Positions 46,801-56,100 of a stretch of DNA of 64,000 bases are shown one piece after another. The notes under the pieces were generated by a model. That model searched no databases. It saw only the letters and a list, made by a program, of their open reading frames with translations, and was not told the DNA's origin. The DNA is from Giardia intestinalis (taxonomy: Eukaryota): assembly GCA_000002435.2 (NCBI GenBank), contig CM018791.1, one strand, 5' to 3'. The first letter of the stretch is position 1. Every line of letters starts with the position of its first letter. Position numbers and translations under genes: made by a program.

Positions 46801-49800
46801 CTGGATACGAGATGCGTGCTGAGAGCAAGGTGTCTGGATTGGGACGGTTATGCCTCTCCAGAGAAGAGGCAGGAGGCGCCGTCATAGATGGGCATGTGCC
46901 TGAAGGAGACACACAGGGCGGTGGCTGCTCTGCTGGCAACAGAGGACAATCCGAAGCATGCAGGTCTCAAACAAAGAAACGTGCATTCTGAAGAACTATC
47001 GACGCTAAGGAACGAGCCAGTTCTCTGTATCACCCGGCAGAGGAGTATAAGGGCTGCTACTCGCTTCTCAAGCTTCTCACTCAACTTAGACTTCCCTGGC
47101 TTCCGATTACCACATGGACCACTGAGAGTGCTAACTGCTCTTCCAATCCACAATAGATGCGGAGCAATAGCAAGCTTCGTTTGAGCGCAGTACTAAGCAG
47201 CGTAATATATGCAAAGACAGCTCTTAGAAGTCAATGTAAGGTATCATCTTGGTAACGGCAATCGCCCTTGAATCAGCCGTTCAGTGGAGACAGGGGTCTA
47301 ATACGGCACAGTTGGGCCATATACAGGCAGTGGGTGTAAGAGCTATTGTAGACAGACACCGCCGCTAAGAACGCCAGAGGGGAGCTCCCATCAGCTAATG
47401 TGTTTCCAGAGCCACGTCTCTAGCGGAGCATGGCCTCCCGCAGTAAGATTTTGCAGGTGTCACCTGTAGTAATTCTGGATGCTTTATGGGGTGAAGCAGC
47501 TTATCCACAGACTTCACGAGACCGGGGCTGCCCACATAGCTACTAAGGTGAGAGAGTGTGATTGTACGGAGCAACGCTATGTCTGCTCTTCCATCACTTA
47601 GCGGCCAGAGGATTGCTCTCAGGCTGCACCTCCGCTCATAAGTGTGCGAGGGTTCCTCTAGTGATTGTCTCGTTGGCTAGTTAGCTACAGATGCCATGGC
47701 GACATAGATCACTAGTGCATACGCTGGGTTACTTTTTGCTAGAGCAGACAGAGGCATGACAGATCAATCCAGGAGCGTCTTCTCACGTCGCACGAAAATG
47801 TGGATCTACACACTAGGGGTGCATTCTCATAAACAGCTTCCTCTGCCATGACTCAGAGCTATCAGGCGAGCAGTGACGCTTCAGAGCCATCTGCCTCCTC
47901 TATGCGAGAGTTACTCGATAGACCAGAGTCGCTGCCAGAAGGTGTGCTTTGCAGCAGACAGAGTATCTCGTGTCTCAAGCCTGTCTGGCCGTACTAGGAA
48001 CTGAAGCCATGCCGCTAAGCCTCAGTGGATCAGAAAGCACTCCGCAGCCAGTGTGACTCTTGTGATGTTAGCTTCTGAGGCTATGGAGGAGCCCTTGGCC
48101 TCGTGGTCTTTGCACTATGGGTCCACTCATTTGGCCGTCTTACTCAGATGAGTAGAACGCGGTGCCTTCTGCAAGTCCCTATACTGCGAGTTCGCGCTAG
48201 GATCCATTAGTGTCTAACTAGTTTGGTGGAACTCTGCTCTTATCCCCACAAGTTTGTTACTGCAGATAACTCACTGTATTGACTCTATGGTGATCGCAAG
48301 TATTCCAAAGCTGGGGAACTGTCTGTTAGAGCTACCGGTCCCGGCCTTCATTAAGCCCGCGATTGCCTCATCAAAGCCTCCACACACTACGAAGCAGGTT
48401 TCTACCCGTCTGCTATGTACCTATGGTCTGCCTTAGACTTCGTGTGTCAGAGTCTGGTGTTGAAGGATGCGATTCTGCGTAGCTTAGTCAAAGCCTTACT
48501 AATTGGGTATCTGCTCTCATCTATCCGGATCAAGGATCTGTTGGCGACTATGCCTGAATCTGTTCTCTGCAGGAGTGTCCTCTCGGGCTGTAGATATCCT
48601 CTGTCCTCGAAGTGGTGCTAGTTCAAGCTGTCACAGTAAGTGGGGGCTCCTGCAGCCAGTGGAGTCAGCGTCTTCTGACCCGACATGCACCAGGGCCTCC
48701 AGAAGCAGCGACCTCCATCTGCCATGGCTAGTAAATGCCCTCCATAGAGCTTATACGGTGACATGGCCTTCCAAGCCGTAACGCCTAGGGTTGCGGATGG
48801 ATGTAAGCGATTGCTTCATAGAGTATTGCGACTATCAATAGCAGGGGAAATGAGAACAACAAGTAGCGGCAGCAGACCGTAGAGCAGCAGGTAGGAACGG
48901 GACTGGGTCGCGTTCGCTCTTCTACACTAAACTGGATCGTCTCTCTAAAAGACTCAGAGAGACGCAGCAGTGTCTCCGCGACTGTAAAGCAAGCCTAGTC
49001 AATTACCAGGCTTGTAAGAGAAACATGCAGCCAGACGCTGTAACTGCTGTCCGAGCAAATCCCTCATGCAAGTGCCATGCAAAGAACTTCCCTGCTTGTT
49101 CATCATCTGAAGTCAGGGAATCGAGGTTCAGATGTTGTCCCATTTTGGTGACAAAGGAGAATGCTTCTTCCCTCAAGGCGATAGCGAGTGCAGATGAGCG
49201 TTTGAAGCTGGCAATGGCGCCGATCACTCGCCACGCTTGTCGAGATGGACCCACACGTGATTCATATGAATCCCTTGACAAGAGATGAGGCCCTTGGGGT
49301 GCTTGGCTGACGGAGGCAAATTGAACACATGACCGCACCGAAGAGCGGTGGCGGCCTGGGCCACCTGCCGGGCGTCTGCTACAACAGCTGGCAGTGCCTG
49401 ACACCCTCGAGTAGGCGGACACTAAGCGAGACGACCTGACGGTGAACCGGTCCTGATCGCTCTTGGTGCTTCGGATGACGCCCCTCGGAGAGGTGGCCCT
49501 GGACTGACGCCTCGACAGACCGAAGCATCACCCCAAGTGTGCTGTGCAGATGGACCAGCCCACACGTCAGCCGAGCCAGACGCACTGCATAGAATGATGC
49601 GCCGACACGGTCTCGTGCTGGGTGACGGAGCACCTGCAAGAGTGCACTGTGATCCATGAGCAGAGGGCCATACTTCTCCCCCGACACAACACATGGGAGC
49701 TGTCCGTGGCATCCACAAACGCGTACCACAACTCCAAGATAGAGGCGCACGGGGAGCAGACCCTCCAATCATACTCGAGACTGATGGTATAATCCACGAG

Positions 49801-50151
49801 GAGACGAAGAGGCACCCCAAGGAACGAGGTAGACACCCGAAGTCATAGCGTATCCCATCTTTGTCATGGAGTACCAGAACCCTGGATTCTGTGGAGGCTA
49901 GACTACTCCCAAGGTCAGGTCACCGCAACTAATGCAAGGTCCTGAGATAGTAGGTGCCCACTAGTGCCAGACGGTAGTTGACCCCGACGGGCCAGAGGAT
50001 GGGACGTCCTGGAAGGCACCGTGGAAGCAAGCGATGGCCACCGGGGGAAGGAACACAACATCTTCTTCTCCCGCCGGAGATGGATGGAATCCAGCTTTCA
50101 GAGTCTGATTCCGGGCTTTGCCCAGAGCGGAGCGGCCCGTGTGGGACTTGC
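37856..50151. repeat. Right arm of large inverted repeat (palindrome), ~12.3 kb
   Basis: Reverse-complement twin of 23865..36160, with identical six-frame peptides on the opposite strand. Outer boundary is only ~31 bp upstream of the ATG at 50182. Confidence 0.9.
38415..40316 (-). CDS. Variant-specific surface protein (VSP), copy 2 (identical, tail-to-tail with copy 1)
   Basis: Identical 633-aa translation on the minus strand. The two stops are 2813 bp apart (35601 vs 38415), giving a convergent arrangement. Confidence 0.95.
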   Translation of the reverse strand: MLLIVFYLVLSALAANCETEGNKSNCDSGRCEMVGIVEVCTQCKTNGHVPIDGVCTPKNEADANCKKDGGSPLDQDAKICGQCAQGYFLHKGGCYAIGGNVGRIICNDPTPTLKGRNSVEGVCSACNSTSGFFKNPANVANKDSCIACDDTTGDSGNVGLEGCATCQHSGSGAATCLTCKDGYYDNNPSQDTVTCASCTDDCKTCIDTGNAKCTSCQTKYLKITDPNGVFGECVDENTCKQPGTHFPITTTDNIKVCALCSDAENKGVVGCAKCTSTPASDSGNAIIVKCIECTTPDTTKPNFAGTGCFACSATDCSNCSADNVCEKCGKGKKLSPLKDSCLDSCPAGTHNKDNVCVPCHTSCAECASDSVGESSCTACYPGFALRKGEDEATGACIPECTGKYAENCEAGQCTAIVGGSKYCSKCKAGYVPVDGVCVSTTARTPTGCTPNDNNDGTCKECTTTYFLQSGGCYNAQTFPGKLLCTAATGNGQCQTCAASGQSPAGGKCPECSEGCAKCTDSNTCNECFSGYYKGAGNKCFKCTDGDKANSDAITGVENCVSCAPPISGNGGSVICYVKTDGTGGGDNDNNTGGSTNKSGLSTGAIAGIAVAAVIVVGGLVGFLCWWFICRGKA

Positions 50152-50181
50152 TCGGATATATCTCTTCAATAAAATCTATAT

Positions 50182-50808
50182 ATGAGACAGGGGCGTGGCC
50201 AAATTACATATACAGCGCCTCCATTGCAGCAGCCGGCCATTCAAACTCAACAGAATATAGTGTCCATACAGCCTATTGGTCATTCTGGTGCGCCAAGACT
50301 AGACTTTTCTGGACAGCTTTTGCAGACTCTTCAACAAGAGAAGCACATATTCAGCGACGAAGAGCTTGCATTGCCGTCTCTTCATTCAGCTCTGCCATGT
50401 ATTTCAGCAAAAGTTAGTACTACTGCCCGATGGCCTCCAGTACGGCCTAGCTTAGGAAATGTGTGGAATACGGCGTCTACAAAACATATTTCAACGATCC
50501 CAACCACAACTGACTTCCCAAAACCGTGCTCTTCATGGCTAGAGTCACTCAATACGATCTATCTGCAAGACGAGGACACGCTTTTTCTTATATGGATCGT
50601 TATGCCGGGAACACAGGCCCAGGAGCTGGCTGGCGCCGCCCTTGAGAAGCTTGGATGGCGCTACGATATCGACTCATCGGTTTGGTATCTCTGTGACACA
50701 CAAAATAAGGTGCTTTACTACGATACAGTAACCATGAGCCGGAAGGACTCCCTCAGTGCGCCATCTAACCTCTCAAAATGCTCGTTCTACATAGATGGGC
50801 ATATCTAA
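50182..50808 (+). CDS. CCR4-NOT complex NOT2/NOT3/NOT5-family protein (NOT-box)
   Basis: ATG in an aaaatctatatATG context. The C-terminal EDTLFLIWIVMPGTQAQELAGAALEKLGWRYDIDSSVWYL matches the NOT-box pattern (LF.IFY..P.D..Q..AA.EL..RGWR.HK....W). 208 aa. Starts ~31 bp outside the palindrome boundary. Confidence 0.55.
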   Translation: MRQGRGQITYTAPPLQQPAIQTQQNIVSIQPIGHSGAPRLDFSGQLLQTLQQEKHIFSDEELALPSLHSALPCISAKVSTTARWPPVRPSLGNVWNTASTKHISTIPTTTDFPKPCSSWLESLNTIYLQDEDTLFLIWIVMPGTQAQELAGAALEKLGWRYDIDSSVWYLCDTQNKVLYYDTVTMSRKDSLSAPSNLSKCSFYIDGHI

Positions 50809-50826
50809 TCTAATGTCTCTTTATTA

Positions 50827-52176
50827 TCACTCGTTGCTTCCGAAGATTGTCATCGATTGGTCGCCGCGGCACCCTATACCAGAATGCTCGTAGTCCTGCA
50901 TGTGAGTTTCACTTATATATTGCAGCCTGCACCCAGTACCACAAAGACATCTTTTTCTAGGCTTAATATTGCGATTTGTTAACCCAATGGTTGCTGTGCT
51001 TCTATAGAATGTACACATTGCCTCTACAATAATCTTCAAACAGCGATAACAGCAAAGCATTCCCTCACTGACGAACGAGTCTGCTCCGACGTACGGATAA
51101 AACGAGGCCGAATATTGGGCTTGAAGTGTACCGAGCAGTTCTTCCCACCCGTCCTCAATATATGTCTCTCCCTTTATCTGCTTATATATCTCGCATTCCA
51201 CTTGATTTCCGTACAAGGCTGTTAGGTCGCCAACAATAGTTTTTACCTCTTTTGGACTCCATTCTGGTAAGTATCTTATTAGTCTTACATCGGCACTATT
51301 ATTTGGAAAAGTGAATTCTTCTTTATGACGCTTACAAACAACGCAGATATAGGCTTCGTCTTTTTGATGGATTGCATTATCGAGGAAGGTTAGCAAATCT
51401 GGAAACGTGATCACCCCAGGGTCTATCTTTATACCGTTCTTTTGTAGCCCTGTAGTGATATGGGAGTATATATCAAGCGAGTAAGACAGGGTACTCTCAG
51501 ACTTTGTACATGTAAGCTCGGACGTTTGCTGACTCTGAGACTCCTCCGGATCAGCCCCTTGAACATCTGAAGGATTATTTGCTAGGAAAACCATTATGGA
51601 CGATTCCAGAGCTAAGTTCGGAAATATGGACTGTGGACCGAAGTGGCTGCACTTATCATGAATGCATATGCTCTCCAGCACGGGCGATGTGTGGGAGAAT
51701 ACATCAAATGAAAGGCTCAATCGCCCACTGCGGACCTCGTGGAGCTTAAGACACGGAAGGCAAAGGCTATGGCCACACCTGGTAAAGGTGTATGGATGCA
51801 GCAAAATAGTCTTGCAAAGGGGGCAAAGAAATGAACGGCGCATCGATAATTGGAAGGAGTCAACAAATCCATAGGGTATGGATTCAGCTGCCAGCATGTT
51901 GGAGAGCATAAGGATACGCTTGCGAGCAGGCTCAGCGCTTTGGGTAATGTGATCAAAGATTTTCTGCTCATCTACATTCTTGGGAGACGGCGGCTCTTCC
52001 ATGAGCTCGGCGTTTGTAGCATCCTTTAGGACGTAGTTTCTATAGCGTAAATTAAGGAGCTTAGTCTTTCCTAGATCGATCCGCTGAGGCGTTTCCGAAG
52101 ATTCAGAGTCGCTGGAGCTATGTGACTCGTCACCCAACGAGGACCTAGACGAGCTTTCCGACGAAAAGGATGACAT
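50827..52176 (-). CDS. RING-finger (C3HC4-like) protein
   Basis: ATG start. CPLCKTILLHPYTFTRCGHSLCLPC supplies the C1-C2...C3-H4-C5-C6 spacing of a RING. Acidic/Ser-rich N-terminus. 449 aa. Confidence 0.65.
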   Translation of the reverse strand: MSSFSSESSSRSSLGDESHSSSDSESSETPQRIDLGKTKLLNLRYRNYVLKDATNAELMEEPPSPKNVDEQKIFDHITQSAEPARKRILMLSNMLAAESIPYGFVDSFQLSMRRSFLCPLCKTILLHPYTFTRCGHSLCLPCLKLHEVRSGRLSLSFDVFSHTSPVLESICIHDKCSHFGPQSIFPNLALESSIMVFLANNPSDVQGADPEESQSQQTSELTCTKSESTLSYSLDIYSHITTGLQKNGIKIDPGVITFPDLLTFLDNAIHQKDEAYICVVCKRHKEEFTFPNNSADVRLIRYLPEWSPKEVKTIVGDLTALYGNQVECEIYKQIKGETYIEDGWEELLGTLQAQYSASFYPYVGADSFVSEGMLCCYRCLKIIVEAMCTFYRSTATIGLTNRNIKPRKRCLCGTGCRLQYISETHMQDYEHSGIGCRGDQSMTIFGSNE

Positions 52177-52302
52177 TTGAATTTTCTGATGGCCCTGAGA
52201 ACTGGTCCTTCATTTTTCCTGGGCAGACATATTACGAGCCATCTTATTGTAGATTTATACTGTGGGGTCTAGGTTCGCAAAGTTGGTAGACGAGGAAATA
52301 AA

Positions 52303-53139
52303 ATGTTCCTCTCTCGTTGTCCGTCTGTGTTTTTCAATCAAAAACGGATCTGTCGCTATTTGGGGTTCAGCGACGACTCCTTTGCCGTAGCCGTTCCCAT
52401 TGACGAGCAGCCTGAGCCAATCTATCAACTTTCACCTGCCATCAACATAGATAGTACATCAATCCGATTCGCGCCACCTAACGGCCTTACCTTCCAGTTT
52501 ACTACCTTGAGCCAGGTAATAATATCAGTGCTATTTGGGGTAACGCGGCTCGATACCGGGATGCCCTTAGACTACTCGCTCATTGCACCCGGTCAAGTAT
52601 TCAGCTCAAACAGCGGTCAACCCCAGACCTTTGTTTCGCTATCAACCCAGGGGATTCTTAGATCCAACATTGGCTTGATTGTAGTCAATGTAGTTGGCCA
52701 GACAAGCGAAGCGCAGGTTAATGGCCACTTCTTCCTTCTCAATCTTACTCGGAAAGCCCCCGACAATGACCAGATAGACATTATTGGCTCACGGGTCCGT
52801 ATAGGAGACACATTTTTCGACCTTAAGCACATTTACAGAACCTCTGAAACCCCTGGCGATGCTACATCGACGACAGCCGCATCCAATATCAACGCGCCTT
52901 GCGTCATCTGTATGGGGAAACGGTGCAGCTCTATTCTGCTTCCGTGCCGCCATATGTGCCTTTGTCGTTCCTGTGCTCTTGAATTTCGCCGTAAAGCAAC
53001 GCAATGCCCTCTTTGCCGAGCAGAAGTCTCGTCGCTCATTGATATAAGTGACATATCTAGCGAACTGCCGTTGAGCACGGCCGCTACCGGCGGTAGCACA
53101 GCTCAAGTCGGAGCCGTCTCAAACCAGGCAGTGCTCTAG
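52303..53139 (+). CDS. C-terminal RING-HC E3 ubiquitin ligase-like protein
   Basis: ATG in an aaataaaATG context. C-terminal CVICMGKRCSSILLPCRHMCLCRSCALEFRRKATQCPLCRAEV is a canonical C3HC4 RING at the extreme C-terminus (MGRN1/BOI/XIAP-like layout). Divergent from the preceding RING gene across 126 bp. Confidence 0.7.
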   Translation: MFLSRCPSVFFNQKRICRYLGFSDDSFAVAVPIDEQPEPIYQLSPAINIDSTSIRFAPPNGLTFQFTTLSQVIISVLFGVTRLDTGMPLDYSLIAPGQVFSSNSGQPQTFVSLSTQGILRSNIGLIVVNVVGQTSEAQVNGHFFLLNLTRKAPDNDQIDIIGSRVRIGDTFFDLKHIYRTSETPGDATSTTAASNINAPCVICMGKRCSSILLPCRHMCLCRSCALEFRRKATQCPLCRAEVSSLIDISDISSELPLSTAATGGSTAQVGAVSNQAVL

Positions 53140-56100
53140 TTGGCGCATTCTACGTGAAAGCATTGGAGACCCCCATCAACATATTTGATGGCCAATTTCG
53201 TTGCGTTTCCAGGGTCAATCAGGCCCTTGCATTTATGACACTTGGTAAAGCTGGAAATATCTACACGGGCCTGTCTATATTTGTCTAGCTCACTCTCTTT
53301 TTGTGATAATTTCATACGAACACTCATAGATCCCATCCCAACCTCTGTCTGCTCAACTACGCGGTGTCCTATAGAATTCGTGATGAAGGGCAGTATAAAG
53401 CTGAGCGGATAATCATGGGGTATCATATTAAGAATATCCCTGTACAAATATTTGGCTATATATGGACGAGACCCGCAGCCTCCCGTTCTATTGTCATTGA
53501 GGAGTGCCATGAGGCAATAGCTAAAGTCAGCCTTACTGATAAGGTTATTGGAGTGGCAGATATCTAACCTCCGTAGGACCTCATACAGCAATGCGGCGGG
53601 GGAGCGAGATGGGTCCCCTGGGAGACTACCCTTTTCTTTGGTTATCTCAGATCGGCTCATCAAGAATGCTATGCAATCCTCTCTTGTCACCATCTCTAGA
53701 TTTGTTTGTACCTTGTCGCTATTCCAGAGCTCGTCGAACTTAGTCGTGCCATTTATATATGCTGGATCCTGCATGATTCCAGTAGCCATACAGGGTGCAC
53801 GTGACGCGGTAATGCACCAAAGAATAAGGTTGTTAAATGCCGATCGATTAAGAACGGGATAACTGGATGTTGGGGCTCCAGACTGCTTAGCTAAAGTAGA
53901 AGAGTCTTGCGCTGTCTTGCGGCTGCCTTCTGCCACATCGGCCTCCAGAAAAGGATAAAGGGCGGCACTGACGCCTGGAAATGCTTTTTCATAGAGTGTA
54001 TTGATGGCAGACGCGGTTTCCTGCAACTTAATACAAGCCAGCAGGTAGGAACCATCAAACGCTGGATTTAGACCACTCAACTGCTTGAGCTTTTTTGTGA
54101 TGATCTGCATTACCTCTACATCGTTAGACTCAGACGATGAGCGCAACTGAAACATTCCAACATGTTGTAACAAAAATGTTATAGCGTCAGATGATAGATA
54201 CGTTTCAATGGTGGCTGACGTTGTTGAAGGAACACTGTTCTTCGTTAGCATAGCATATTGCGCTCCGCAGACAACTATTTGCAGAAGAACATTAACATAG
54301 GGTGCTGTCCTTTTGGTCTCCGTCTTAGACAGATACTTTTGGAGAGTGGCCACAGAAACAGTGGACACAAACCTCTCGATGACCTCTTTTTCTGGCTGCC
54401 TAAAAGATAATGCAGATTTTGCACTGTTTATTTGGAGATTTAACAGCGCATTAAAGAGGTCATCCCCAGAGGTCTTCTCAGCAAGCTTAAGTATACGCGA
54501 GCAATAATCCGGGTGGCCAACTGATAGGTTCGCAAGAATTCCACATAAAAAGCTGGTGACAGACGTATTCTTAAGAGCCAAGACGAAAAACAGAATCGTT
54601 TTGTATAACAGAGACATGGAGTGTCTGCTCACGTGCATGTAGGAGATGGCAAGTACAGCAAGCAGTGTTTTTGTATACTCATTGATAATGGAGAAGTCCG
54701 ATGCCTCAAATAGTGTGGATTTGTATGTGTCGACAAGAAGCTCAATTGATGCGTCTGTGGCAAGGCCCGGATATATCTGATCAAGCGCGACAGAACTGAC
54801 GGCCTTAAATGATCCAGGTGCAGTTTTCTTGTTCTCTCCCGTCCCCACATTCGTCCAGGCAGACCAGTCACGACCAAGAATAGTTTTATTCCCACTAGTC
54901 TTGAAGCTCATCCACCCAATGTATGTCTCTAACGATACATATGCCAAGTCGTAAAAGCGACCCAGCACCAGAAGTCCTATTGTAGACAAGAATATATTGC
55001 TATATTGCGCTGAAGAAAGAAAACAGGCTTGGTTTCCGGTGGAGTTCGTTGGCTGCGTGAGTAGGAAGAGCCTCTGTTGGGGGCGCGATATATGATAGGT
55101 CTCACGAGATAGCAGCATTATGAATAGTGCTCGTAAGGGGAAAATGTTGTGATGATCTATTGCTGTTGGCTTGGAGATACGATACGTCTCAACTATGGTT
55201 TTCGACGCATCTGGCACCTGCCTTTTAGTTTCGTCAATAGATTGTTCCTTTAAATGAGGACGGAACATGCTAACTTTCCCAACAAGTGCGTCCTTGGTTG
55301 TCTCGTGTTGCGCCTCCACTTTGCTGAGTACCCCGTGCAATATAAGATTCCAGGAATCATGCGGATCCAAAATAAGCTTTAGATAAAGAAGGCATGCATC
55401 TAGGCGGCTTACAGTATCTTCATCATTGGCAGGACTGCACGGCAAGTTGAAGCGCTCACTAAGATTCGTTATCTCCAGTTCTGGCGGTAGATCTATATAG
55501 TCTTGCTCACTGGAAACTCCCAGGGCATTCATCACCTTGCACATATCGTCCATGAGGTTATTTATATAAAACAAACTCTGGTCTCTGCCATACCGCACTC
55601 TCCCATCTCCATCAGCGGTTTGTGTATACTGCTCATTAGATAGAACCTGCCTTACGCGCTGAGAATAGCAGCCAAAATTGACACCGTCCATGCACGATTG
55701 GCTTGGCTGGTGCCTTCTTGCTGGTGTGTTCTTCAGCAGTGATATACATTCTAAAGAGATACCATGCAAGAGAATCCCAACTATTTGAAGTGGGTTCACC
55801 ATCCTTGCGTTCATGAATGCTAAAGTAGCGCCCCAGAAGTTCTTCTGGAGCAGCCGTAGAGACCCTGTCAGGATCCAGCAAAGACACCAGTCCCGAGATG
55901 ACATGTCAAACCTGTCTACCAGTGTTTTCTCCAGTTTCCCCTCCACGTACTTCAGTAGCTTAGGAAGGCTATCTTTTGCGTGTGTGTTCTTGTCCACATC
56001 TAGAAGGCTAGCACGAATCTGGCGATATAAAGAGGTGCGCTTTATTGCAATTAGTGACATGTTTGTGTGGACGTAAAAGATATTTGTGTCACATGGAAGG

